From the NCBI GenBank assembly GCA_023515725.1, contig JALDTO010000266.1, forward strand, positions 382,708 to 446,707: 64,000 nt of DNA, written 5' to 3'. Below, one piece after another: positions 1 to 11,739 of this stretch; the stretch's first letter is position 1; each line of letters begins with the position of its first letter. Made by a program: the position numbers and the translations under genes. The DNA comes from Amoeboaphelidium protococcarum X5 (Eukaryota > Fungi > Aphelidiomycota). Below the pieces are notes generated by a model, which did no database searches, was not told the DNA's origin, and was given only the letters and a program-made list of their open reading frames with translations.

Positions 1-1391
1 GCGTTAAACTCTCAAGGAGCTAGGCTTGCCATCATTCAAGATTTTCCCTACTGGTACCGATGTTCCGCGCCACATCTGCTTTGACAATAAAGTTTTGGCT
101 CAGTGGGGATTTGAACAGTATCGCCTGGGCAATCAGTTGGGGGAGGAGTCGAAAGAGGAGGAGGATCAACGGTAATGTATCCTAAGGCTTAAAGTTTTGG
201 GTCTTTAACAGCGGATGGCTCAATCTAAAAACGTCAGTGTCAGTATCACCTCTGATGGTTTTGCGTGCTCCGTGTCTGTTTCAGATTAAGGTGGGAAAGC
301 GTATGCAAATGAAGCTTCAGACCTGCAGAGAAAAGCACGAAGCATTGACGTGTCTCAAGTAATTGTTGGGGCTTTTGCTTTGGAAAACTGTCGGAATCTC
401 CAACAAAGATTAGATGGCTCTCGATTGATTGGCGTTGACCCTGGTAAGAAGAACGTACTGGTGTGGGGCGACGACGCGGACGTCGATGGTGCAATTACGC
501 TAAAAGAAGCCAAGAAGGAGCTAGGAGCTAAAAGAAACGGGCCACATATCTACTGGATACTGGTAACGTCTTGCATTGACTACAGAGTCTGAAGCCCATC
601 TGTTGCATATCAAACCAACTGAAATCACGCTGATGGAGTAAGATATGGCCTAATCAAACACTTGCCAGTAGTATCTCGATGTTTACATCAGATATTTTGA
701 GGACGTCTATGCCTTCTACTCAAGATCATTCCATCGTAATTGGAGATTCCGACGATTTTGCGCGACCAAGTCTGCGTTTGGTAAAGTCATCAACATGATG
801 TATGGCAGACCAAAGCCACCAGTGCCTAAAATCAACGATCGGCGCCGAGGTAAAGCTGCAAAGAAGAGGAAACGCGAACTGCGTAAATCTAATGGCAAGT
901 TTTCACCTCCAGATAAGCCTCCGGTAATTGCGCTTGGTGACGCTGGTGTGAAGCACGTGCGTGGTAATCCTCCTGTTCCGGTGAGAAAATTCGCGTTTGA
1001 ATTCAGTCGTCGGGCATTGGTAGTTATAACGCCGGAGTTCCACACTAGCAAGCAGCACTCATTATGTCATGCAGATCTTCAATGGGAGCATGAAGTGGTG
1101 ATGAGGTGCCGACACAAGAAGGCAAAGAAGATACTGCCTGGTCGTCGCCGGGCTTAAACTGTCTGCATCAAAGCTGATGGTCCAGAAATCCTATCGTACG
1201 AATGTCCTGATCGTTTTAACCGAAGAGTCCAATCAAGATTTGGAGTTTGCCCAAACTGCCAAAACACTGGATGTGACGTCTTTGTAGATCGGGACGTTAA
1301 TGCTTACAGGAGTATGGCTCAAATAGTCCGCCATTACGCGATGCATGGTAGCAGACCTTAATGGAATTGCCGCGCCGAAAGGCGCGCCTGA
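1..1391 (+). pseudogene. Fanzor1 (eukaryotic TnpB-family RNA-guided endonuclease), 5'-truncated by the window edge, one frameshift at ~465-540
   Basis: Table-6 frame 2: FKIFPTGTDVPRHICFDNKVL, SITSDGFACSV, RuvC-I LIGVDPG (Asp 437-439). Frame 3: HISTGYW, FYSRSFHRNWRF, VIALGDAG, GNPPVP, RuvC-II TPEFHTSK (Glu 1035-1037), HxxC...CPNC, RuvC-III DRDVNA (Asp 1293-1295), GSRP, TGA 1389-1391. In-frame TAA/TAG read as Gln. Confidence 0.88.
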
Positions 1392-1460
1392 TATATACAG
1401 TAATGTTTGTCGGACAAACCGATGAAATAGACTGTACAGTATTGGCCGATTGAAAAGATA
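1369..1460 (+). ncRNA. Candidate Fanzor1 omega-RNA scaffold / element right end
   Basis: CGCGCC-GAAA-GGCGCG hairpin (1371-1386); GTTTGT-CGG-ACAAAC hairpin (1405-1419) nested in a TACAGT(1396-1401)/ACTGTA(1431-1436) stem; lies directly 3' of the Fanzor ORF. Boundaries are inferred. Confidence 0.45.
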
Positions 1461-1683
1461 TTAAATGTGTAATATGACAGCAATCAAATTCATTATTATC
1501 AAGTGCAAATATTTCAGAGCAAGCTCATTATGATTCTTCCTTATAAATTAAAGCGCCAGGGTGAATTCTTTCAAATTACCGTGTTTCTCGCGGCATAAGC
1601 GATCTTTGGTATAAGCGACTTCGCCCTTTTTTGTTTCGTTCGTTTTTTGTTTAGAGTTTGAAACACGGTATGCCAAATTTATT

Positions 1684-2163
1684 ATGGATGCAGCACTAAT
1701 AATTGGGAATAAAATTGAAATTGTAGGTTTATCGAATGGTGACCATGGTAGAATGTGTGGACTGCATTCAACTAATTGTGGTGTCGCCGTCACTTAAGGT
1801 ACCAATCTGAAGCTACGGAAGTCATCTATTACTGTGCCTCGGTTAGTACAGCTAGAGATGGATATGAATGAGGATGAAGCTATGTAAGCAGGTCCCAAGA
1901 AAAAGGGTAGACCGAAGAAGAGATAAATGTAAGACAAGCTGGTGCAGTAGCAGGTGACTACGTTTAAAGCCTTCATCTGGAAGAACGGAGTTGAGTGCTG
2001 TTTCGTTGGCTTTGTATCTAAAGTCTTTCAAAGCCTTTATGATGATGCTTTAGATGGTAGAGTTGTTCTGATTAGCAGAGTTAGTATAGGATCTGATAAC
2101 GAATCTGAAGAAAGGCGCAGCCGTGAACATCATGGTCTTGCTATGGGATTGATTATTGGTTGA
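1684..2163 (+). CDS. Transposon-borne accessory ORF (159 aa): possible HIRAN-like fold with CxxHxxxC cluster and AT-hook/NLS-like KKKGRPKK
   Basis: ATG 1684 to TGA 2161-2163, open in table 6: IEIVGLSNGDHGRMCGLHSTNCG...LKLRK...KKKGRPKKR...ECCFVGFV...LDGRVV. Inside the TIRs, convergent with the transposase. Confidence 0.65.
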
Positions 2164-2232
2164 ACATTGAAGTCAATATTGATACACTTTAAATAAATGG
2201 CCTCCTAAAATACAACATTCATTACTGTTACA

Positions 2233-3489
2233 TCATTCATCCAAAAATCCAATTTTCTTGCTTGTCTTAATAATAGTCGTTACTGTAATCTTCTCCCAAG
2301 CATTCGCTACCCATGTAGACATCATTTCACGCGTGACTTTCTGCTGATTCTCTAAGAAGTCACTCATAAATGTCAAAAACTGAGCCCTGATATGATCTTT
2401 GAATGGCTTATTAACTCCGACATCCAATATCTAAACTTTGCTGGTCATATTTGGAGGCAGCATGACCAAAAGGCAGAAGCTCTCGCTCAATTGATCTCTG
2501 ACCGACGCACATTGATGGGGAGAGAAATTGTCCATCACTAACACACTCAACTTCTTTTCATTATTTCTATTCAGATGAGGATTAAGACATTTCTCCAGCC
2601 ATACACCCATAACAAATTCATCGCAGTAAGCATTTTCTTGAACAGTACAAATCACCCGTGCATCATAATCATTACGCCCAGCCAGAATCTGCTTATGAAC
2701 TGTAGCACCAGGCTTAGCTTTGAATACAATCAATGGCTTCAACTTTGTACCAGCTAACGATACAGCCAGAAAGACAGTACAGTGTCCGCTATTAGAGGAT
2801 GACACGACGCTGACGTGTTACGTTCCTTTAATTTCCACTGTTGTGCTAGATGTCATGTCAAAATGAACACCAGTTTCGTCCATATTGATTGCATCATCAT
2901 CCTCTACAGAGAACTCATCCATCAAATAACGTACATAGACCACAAAGTCTCTGTGAAGACGGCCCATCTATTCTTCGGACAATTTAGTTTGATCATGCGT
3001 CTTACGACGTATGCTCAGATTGTTACGATCCAGTACCCGATACGTCCACGCCAAGCATTATTCATAAGCCTAAAAGGTATTGGGGAACTCTTTCATGACG
3101 TATGCAGCCATCAATTAGTTTGTAACAACCTTTCTAAGCTCCCTCTAGCTATGCACCCAAGCGACCATGCTCTCTTCTTCAATTTTGTATTGAGTCTGTG
3201 GCCCACTATGAAGCTTGCGCGAACTACCATGAAACTTAGGATCCATGATTTCATCGGACGCCAATAACCATTTAGATATCAATTTTTTACTTATACCGGT
3301 TGCTTACGCTACATGTTGGATGGCACCTTTATTCTTAACTTTTTGGGACTCAGTCACCATTGTGACCACTTAGCTTTTCTTGTCAGTGGGGTATGAGACA
3401 CGAATTTTTTTGACTCCAGGGGTATTCAGGGGTAAGTTTTAAAAGGCGCTCTATTCATTGATGTTAAAATTGGGTTAAAGATTTTCCAT
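2233..3489 (-). CDS. pogo-type DDD transposase (HTH/CENP-B-like plus DDE_1), 418 aa
   Basis: Single table-6 ORF: RVSYPTDKK...ISKW HTH, WTYRVLDRNNLSIRRKT, catalytic NMDET, VMDN, TSKVQILDV (the Q is TAG), TGA stop. Confidence 0.9.
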
Positions 3490-5120
3490 ACTGAAAATTA
3501 TTATTTGGTATAAGCGACTTTCATTGTTTTAAACGAATTAACTGAGTTTTTCTGGTCGCTTATGCCGCGAGAAACACGGTAGTTGACAACATTCTCATCG
3601 TCAACGAACCCACATTCGATGGCCTTGATAGACGACACGTTTCTCAACCATCCCTCAGACTGCAGTAGGATGGATGAGAACTCGTGGCCTAACTCTTCAT
3701 TATACGAGACGTCGATTTCCTTAAGACTATCCAGCTTTACAAGTGCCTTTGCCAAATCTTCAGCGAATAGACCACAGATTAAAGTTGAAGACACATCCAA
3801 GAATTTCAATCTGCGCCAGAATGGAATAGACTTGCACAAAATCTCACTTCCATCTGATATGAAATCTTCCCCTTCCATTTTAAGCATTGAGCAGTCTTGA
3901 AACGACAAGTACTGTAATTATGAACAGAATTGCAGAGCGCTCATCATTGCAATCGTTTATGGAGCCTCCAAGCAGCAGCCAGACAAAGAGAGCCATTGCA
4001 AATTGGACATTTTGGCGACAAATTGATTGAGAAACGATACATTGAATTTTCCAAATCTGTTTCTGGATAAATCCATCACAGCCAAATTGCTCTTGATCTC
4101 TGGTGCAGCAGATAAGAGCAATTCAAACGCATCTTCGTTCAAACCACAATTTCCTAGCTTTAACTCTTTGATTGAAGTGGACAAGGAGAGCACGGAGACG
4201 ACTAACTCAATAACAGCGGCACTTAAGGCATTTTAGCTAAGATCTAACACTCTTAAGTAGGTGTGACGCGCAACAGCCGAAAGAATTCCCGCAATTTACA
4301 TGAGCGAACTCTTTTTACCAACAAAGCAGTCGGACAAATCGACTGCTGTCAAACTTTGGCATTGCTCAAGTGATGCCTAAATTTCCAGGACAAATTCGAC
4401 TGACAGAGAATGTCCTGAGAATCTGACGGTTTCCAAAGTTGCACTGTGCTACTTTATCTGATTTGCAAATCTCTGTCCATCGAATTTGTCTACCATCAGA
4501 TCTCCAGACAGCGATAGGTCGACAACCTTCTCAGGCTCAGGAGACTTTATTAAATTCATCACTAAGATTCTCGCCGACACCACATCCACGAAGTCGTCAA
4601 AAGCCTACTCCTTCTCACCAATAATCAGCGACATTGGCTTTACTGGAGATGGTACCTTGGTTAGTGAAGCTTCAAACAATGCGCGAGGTGTCTCGACATG
4701 CGTTGATGAGGACTGCTGACGTGCCCCGCCTTGAAAACTCACTGAACCGAGCAATAAATCACCTTTACCGATACCTTCAAGAAAAGGCAACAACTCCAAT
4801 TCATGTAAGTAGTATTTGAAGCACTTATGACCAGCCTCCTTTTAGAAACGATCGCGCTCCAGAGCCAAATCAACACCAGTCATTTTAAGCACCTGAGCAT
4901 CCAAATTGTCGGTCCTATGCTAATTCTGTACGGATTTGGCTATCTCTGCCGCAGATTTATTAAAAGGAGCTTTAACAAGTTGACCGGGATGGATAAAACG
5001 TCCAACAGCCTCCATATCATACTTTTAGCGAAAAGCATGCGCCAACTTAGAGCGTTTTTCGCGTTCTTCCAAGAGCTTTTGGTCGACTTTGATTTCTACT
5101 TAATGCATTGCTGTGGACAT
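3426..5120 (-). CDS. Leucine-rich repeat (RNI/RanGAP-like) protein whose 3' end is replaced by transposon sequence
   Basis: Standard-code ORFs 4605-4799, 3957-4193 and 3501-3908 share one frame; repeats VDLSDC, LDLSQNAL, LKLGNCGL, MDLSRNRF, IDVSYN. The original end (QFERIHPGALIYKEESQ-TGA) lies at 1525-1578, in frame once the transposon is removed. Confidence 0.8.
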
Positions 5121-6502
5121 AATTTTTTATTCATTTGCGTTGATCATCAAGATGTGCAGATAATTGCTCGTAGAATCATGGACAAACAAGTATAAGTTAA
5201 CGGTGCCAACTAATCGCCGTGACGCATCTCGAATTACTTGTTTAAAAGAACTGTCGGATTTTCTTAGTAAAGAATTTAGTGCTGTTAAGCTTGGTATTTA
5301 ACCTAAAGGAGAAAGAGAAGATTGATAATCAAGATCTTGTTAAGACTTATGTATAAGAGTGAAGTGAATACGAGATATAACAAGAATATGTACAGTTGTT
5401 TCAACACTTGTGTGATGAGAGGGACTGAAACGCGTCAAAACGGTTTCAGCTCAACAGCTCTGTGTCACTATTAACAATCAGCCTGGTATAAGAGGCTATT
5501 TAAATATCGTATATTGTTTCACATCTTATCAGACTGCGTAGTATAACACAACTCAAATTCTAACACAGATAGCATTATTTCATGTCATATAAAGTCACTA
5601 GCTTCTATGATCTCAACACCAATAACCGAGGATCCGGGACTCCGTTATTCGCAATTCTCGTGTGAAGCTGTAACTGATTTGAAAATGGTGTTATAAGGTT
5701 ACGGACACATTTGCAATTTGGGTCGGCAATGTCGAATACGTCAAAGTCAGGTGTTCTTATAACACGTAATTAGTATAGCTACCAATAGAGTCGCACCATA
5801 TGTGATTGGTGTAGATGATCAATCCAGGTTTAACACATGAACTGACTGATGTAAACAAGATCGTAGAAATATACTGTGAAAGCTTGGAATCTGTACTAAT
5901 AGATAACCAAATACATAACCGTGTACTTTGACTTAAACTATAATAAACTTTCACTTGCTCAGTAAGAGTTTTGCTCAAAGATAGTTTAGCCGGCAATTAT
6001 TCACAATGAACATCATTTTCGGACTAAGGTGCAAAAATTCAGTTATTTTGGGCCTTTGAGTGAAGGGAGCAGCTTTGGTAGGAGGAGCCACACTACGAGC
6101 TGAATTCCGCAAGAGATGAGGAGAGGGCATATATTATGTGGCTTTTGCATGTCCCCGCATTACCCGTTACAACCAACTTAAGACTTCTGTCGTCTAGAAA
6201 CTTCTTGACAAAGTTATAAATGATGTATTACTTTTCGTTCAAGTACGCTTACAGTAAATCAACAATAGAACGTCATCTTCTGCTTCAATATCACGACCAT
6301 TCTTTATGAATCCATGCATAATTGATCTCATATCGTGTGTCAATAAAAAAATTCAGCAATTTTCATATATAAAAAAAGATAAAGGAAATGATAAAATGCC
6401 TGGAAATGGAAATGTATTTATTGTTCAAGCATTAGAAAATACACCAGAGAGCGAAGCGTGAGGTAATAGTTGACACCGAACTGCGCGTCATTTAAAAGCC
6501 AT

Positions 6503-7447
6503 TCAGAAGAAGAGAACTGCGTAAACAGCAATGGAAGTCAATGCACTCATTGATAGCTTATATGAATCTGCTGCGGCACTAAATGTATCCTAGGCAGTTA
6601 GCACTAGTGGAGCATTAGAAGGAGTAGGACCAGATGATGATGACGCAGATGAACCTTTTTTATCAGCGACTGCAGATGGCGAAGGACCACCAGGACTTCC
6701 TGCATTACCATTGTTAGAGGATCCGGTACCAGCAGTCGGTGGTGCGGGTTAACTAGACAGCTATTTCATGGTGTCTAACTATTATTATGGTTGAGGTTGT
6801 CCTTATGGCTGAACTGCTTATTGCTACAACTGACCCTGTCCAGATTCAGGAGGGACTTGTGGAGCATTAGACGATTGGCCACTAGACTGAGGAGGAGATG
6901 ATGTGAGTTGGAATTTAACATCATTTTACGCGTTCTGCTTTTAAGCTGGCTGCTATTTCTACTACTAAGGCTACGATTGAGGAGGAGGAGAGGGCTAATC
7001 TTTAGGAGATTGTGGAGTAGGTGAAGGAACTGGTGCAGGAACTTTGGTCTAATCTTGGGATGTTTATAATGCAGCAACTGGGTTTACGTTACCAGATTAT
7101 TCACTTCCAGTAGGAGAAGACTTTTCCACAGGCACATTTTCAGCAGCAGGAGGAGGAGGAGGCGATGTGGAGGCGATATTAACCGCTGGTGGAGCAGGAG
7201 CGGGTGCTTAGACTGGCGCCAAAGAAGAGGATGTAGCAGCTTAAGGGGACACACCTTCAACTTTCGCCAATTGCTAAGGTGCACCCACGGCTGGCTATAT
7301 TGCAGCCTGTGTAATATTATCATTATGTGTGGATGAAGCATTCTGCCCAGCAGTAGGATTCACTATTTGAGAGTGCACTGATGATAATGATACCAATAGC
7401 AGCATTACGCTCAGAGCAGTCGAAGATTTTGTTCCAAGAATCATCAT
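6503..7447 (-). CDS. Secreted Pro/Gln/Ser-rich, probably GPI-anchored surface protein (314 aa)
   Basis: N-terminal hydrophobic ALSVMLLLVSLSVHS, low-complexity PAP/Q body, C-terminal SAAA...LTSIAVYAVLFF then TGA. Confidence 0.7.
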
Positions 7448-8128
7448 TTTCTAATCTAGTTATTATATATAAATGTATAGAGAGTATAGTTCAATAGCTA
7501 ATTCGATAAATAGAATTGATTAAATACAATCAGAGAAGTAAAAGGGAAAAAGTAACGTCACGATGTATGTCCAAGAGATTGATATACGATTTCAATTGGA
7601 CATTGATCATGGTGTGATTGGCCAACTCGTTACGTGTAACAATCTTATTGGCAACCAACACGTGAGATCACACCTCAAGTCTGAACATTCACATGATTCT
7701 AGTCACCAGATTTTATGCTACTGTCGTCATACATACTATAGAAGCACGTCAAAGGTATGTGAGTTGTTTTATAGCCATAGCGGTCACATATAAAAGTAGC
7801 ACTGAAATTGAGATGCTACGCGCTTTGTTATAGCTGATAATGATGATCTTACCTTTAAGCGCTGTGAGTAATTATTACGGCTGTACTGTAAAATACAAAA
7901 TCTGCTACCGCTAATCCGAATATGCGCCATTAATAGTATGATATATCCAAAAACTACGATTAATCTAATTTCTCTAAATCCAATGTGAATACATCATTGA
8001 CCGTTGCTTTACCGTACTTTGAGCAAAAATAGCCGCAGAGATTCTGAAAACGAATCAAAATTGTAATTTTCTTATTCTTTTTTAGTTAGCGGTCAATTAC
8101 AACATCTTAAATATAATCAATATACAAT

Positions 8129-8917
8129 ATGCCTCAGAACGATTATATTGACGAGCACGTAAAAAAGTATGGTAAGCGTCTCGACCACGAAGAGAGGTAG
8201 AGAAAGAAGGAGGCGAGGTAGCCTCATATACTGGCCAAGAAGGCTCAGTCTGTGCACGGATTCAAGGCTAAACTGTTGAACAAGCAGAGACGCGTAGAGA
8301 AGATTCAGATGAAGAAGACCATCAAGATGCATCAAGAGTCCACTGTGAAGAAGAACACTGATCAAACGGTTGGCGAAGGTGCCATTCCACCGTATCTCAT
8401 GGACAGATAGATTCAGGAACGCGCCAAGATCCTCTCCAACTCCATCAAACAGAAGCGATAGGAGAAGGCTGCCAAGTGGGCAGTGCCAATCCCCAAGGTG
8501 CATGCGGTGGATGATGCCGAGATGTTCCGCGTCATCAAGTCTGGTAAGAAGAAGGGCGGATCCAAGGCGTGGAAGAGAATGGTCACCAAGCATTGTTTTG
8601 TCGGTGATGGATTTACGCGAAAGCCGCCAAAGTATGAGCGCTTCATCCGACCTATGGCTCTACGTGTCAAGAAGGCCAATGTGACCCATCCAGAGTTGAA
8701 GGCTTCGTTCCAGTTGAATATCATCGGCGTGAAAAAGAATCCTTCTAGTCCGCTGTATACTCAACTCGGTGTGATTACTAAAGGTACCATAATTGAGGTG
8801 AATGTGAGCGAACTTGGCCTAGTGACGCAGAGTGGTAAAGTTGTGTTTGGTAAATATGCTCAAGTCACCAATAATCCAGAGAATGATGGCACCATCAACG
8901 CTGTACTTTTGGTATGA
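8129..8917 (+). CDS. NSA2: Ribosome biogenesis protein NSA2
   Basis: MPQNDYI...GKRLDHEER...; [20 protein letters not shown]; [17 protein letters not shown]; NNPENDG.INAVLLV; several in-frame TAG. Confidence 0.97.
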
Positions 8918-9001
8918 GATTAAAATATATATACATATATATATAATTTCCCTATTCAGAATATTCTTTGAACTTTACTTTATCAGATCACTATCATTTG
9001 T

Positions 9002-9808
9002 TCATTGTGTCTGCTGAGTGGCAGTCCAATCAGATGGAATCTTTACGCCAATAGCCTCCAGCTGAGGATCTAGATACTTGTGCTTATATCCATCTGGAGC
9101 CTCTTGCTTATACAAATGGCTCATGTGAATCTTTCTATTGTGCAGCAATTCATGATAAGTCAACCCAAATGGTCTTTTATGACGATTGTCTATCTGGACG
9201 TGTTTAATCATCATTCCCACCAGGGCACCGTACACACCAAACATGAACATTCGATTAGGATCTCTCAGATAGACACCCATAGATACACCTGTGGCCATAC
9301 CACCGAGAGCACCATTAAAGTATCCATCTTCACCGACCCACTTGGCCACAGAGCAGCTAGTGAGTGAGTAGATGGCAGCGAATCCACCCATGAAAATAGC
9401 AGGCACCTTCAGATAGGCAACTTCTCTCATCAGGGACTTTCCAGTCATCACCAATGAAGAAGTGTACAATCTCTACTAAGTCTATTGCGGTGATGGCCAC
9501 GAGAATATAGATGACTGAATGGCTCCATATCCAACTCCAAGGTACAGAGGCCACTTGATATCATTCCACAGATCGCCGACACAGTCCATGTTCTCCGCTC
9601 TACTCACTGATTCCAAGTGTTCCTCAGCTTCACTCTCATCCCTCATTGGATTATTGTAATGTGATTTCTTGGACTCTGGATTGACGAGCAGAGTCTCCAC
9701 CTTGGACTTTTGATGTGGAGGAGGCACAAAGTCGCTGTCATACTTGCTCCTAATCAGGGAATCTTCCGGATTTCTCCAAGGATGTCCCGTCTAATTAAAC
9801 CACTTCAT
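9002..9808 (-). CDS. Tim17/Tim22/NDUFA11-family mitochondrial membrane protein
   Basis: Gly-rich transmembrane segments: FAAIYSLTSC...EDGYFNGALGGMATG. Confidence 0.65.
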
Positions 9809-10166
9809 TTCCTAATACTCTTCGTTTCTAGTTTTATTATTACCAGTACAAATACTCCTTCAAGCGTTGGTACAGTAGAGCTTAATCGTGTTGACCCGAT
9901 TGATTGACTGAGAAAGGAAAGTTTTAATTGAAAACTCTCTGCGCGGTCCTTTCGCTTTCGCTGAAGAAACTTCAACGTTGCTCAGAGCTTTCCACTAATG
10001 AAGACATGCAGAGGTTAAGTATAGTCTCGATGCACTACACGCAGGGTAAGTAAGTAGTGCGTACTGAAATTAAACAGAAATGGGTAAAAACATCAATGTC
10101 AGTCACCAAAGTAGCAGTAAAGCACATCGAAATCAGAGACCAAAACTATTTTACATTCAGGATGGA

Positions 10167-11492
10167 TCATGATTACAGGGAATCCTCCATTTCGTCTTTT
10201 TCCATCTTGTCCAACTCTGCGTCAATGTTATCATTGGAGCCATCGACTTGTCCATACAGGTCGGGAGGTATTTCCTACATCTAAACTGATGGCGCAGAGC
10301 CAATGAGTCGCATGTGTTCGCTTATCTACCTAGTCAACAGCTCTAGATACTATCGCGTATTCTAGTTGGGAATATCGCGCACTTGCTGATTCGCATGTAA
10401 TGTGGACGTGCTATACTAAGTGCCAGTGGTTGTCAGTGTTGGATGCAGAGTGTAATCAGGTTCAAAGAACTCATAATATTCCATGTAAGGAAGTTCGTTC
10501 GGCAGATCGACTCCAAGTAAAACACTAGTCTCATACGCCCAACATCTACTTACATTTCTAATAGTGTATCCACCACCACCCAGGACAAGCAGCGGAATAC
10601 CTAGCGTTTTACAGAATGCAACACAAGCGCCATGGCCACGGATAGAGAGATTAAAGCATCCTAGTCGATCACACGCCAAAGAGTCTGCTCCACATTGCAA
10701 TACAATCACAGATGGTTGATAATTACGAACCACATTCTAAATAACGTTCTTAAACATATTGATATACTAATCGTCAGTGACTCCATCCTTGAGAGGAACA
10801 TTTACCGTATAATACCTCCCTCTATCGTGACCCAATTCAAAGAAGGACCCAGTCATTGGAAAGAAGTAGTCTCCATACTTGTGGAATGACACGCACATGA
10901 CCCTGTCAGTAGTGTAAAACGCTTCAGCGACACCATCGCCATAATGAACATCAATATCGATATACAACACCCTGGGATGATGCCGAAGCAATTCTAGAAT
11001 GGCGAGCACAATGTCATTGACATAACAGAATCCACTAGCCTCAAATTTCTTGCCATGATGCAGACCGCCCGACCAATTTATGGCAATATCAGTCTGACCA
11101 TTAATTAATTTACGTGCACCATCCAACGATGCCCCAGAGTAAATTTTACAAAAGTCGTACATGCCATCGAACACGGGACAGTCATCGCCTACGTTGAACT
11201 GTGCCAGGTACTCTGTGAAATCCTGTACATTATCAGGCGTCACTCTGGACAGAAAATCCACATAATCCTCTGAATGAAACTGGACGAGTTCGGATCTCAA
11301 AGCGGGACGGGCTTTGTAGCAGTTCATCTTCTTGTGCATTCCATAGGCCTGAATTAATGAGTGTGTGAGAGTTAATCTATGCGGCTTCATCGGATGATGC
11401 GGTCCATAATGGAACAGCCCGACTCTGGCATCATAAAAGTAAGACACTTTAGGCTTACTATGAGCCGCCACCCGTTAATTTTCTATATTCAT
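10167..11492 (-). CDS. HDAC3: Class I histone deacetylase, HDAC3/Hos2 type
   Basis: [57 protein letters not shown]; SAPSVQMQ with both Q encoded by TAG. Confidence 0.92.
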
Positions 11493-11739
11493 AACTATTG
11501 CCGACAATTTTCTAAAAGAGGTTATTATTCGGCAGATAGAGAAGACACCTTATAAGAACTAACAGCAGTTATGATATGATGATGAAGGCAAAACAACGTT
11601 TGGACGAACGCGAAAAGAATCGCTCGCTCTGGACGATGGCTTCATTCAGTCGTAGAATCAATCTCCTTACTGTGCTGAAGTTGAGGAAAACGCGTCAAAT
11701 TGCCACAATTTAAAACGCACCTAGAGTGGACTTGGTATT

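Larger units (their letters stand above)
1579..3579 (-). mobile_element. pogo-family (Tc1/mariner superfamily) DNA transposon, 2001 bp, apparently autonomous
   Basis: Perfect 24-bp TIRs CCGTGTTTCTCGCGGCATAAGCGA (1579-1602; reverse complement at 3556-3579), TA duplication at 1577-1578 and 3580-3581, internal DDE_1-type transposase. Confidence 0.95.

Noticed and set aside
444-524. GTAAG..CTAG intron repairing the Fanzor1 frameshift
   Set aside because: It is 81 nt (a multiple of 3), so it would not change frame, and it would remove residues next to the RuvC-I motif.
1-3579. Fanzor1 and the pogo transposase as one composite element
   Set aside because: The pogo TIRs and TSD exclude the Fanzor, and the original LRR gene end (1525-1578) lies between them.
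5200-6400. Possible gene or decayed Merlin/IS1595-like remnant (VKPGLIIYT)
   Set aside because: No convincing long ORF, catalytic motifs or terminal repeats; left unannotated.
10930-10965. [13 protein letters not shown] instead of DIDxHHGDG as an inactivating change
   Set aside because: The zinc ligands Asp and the first His are retained; the substituted His is not a metal ligand.
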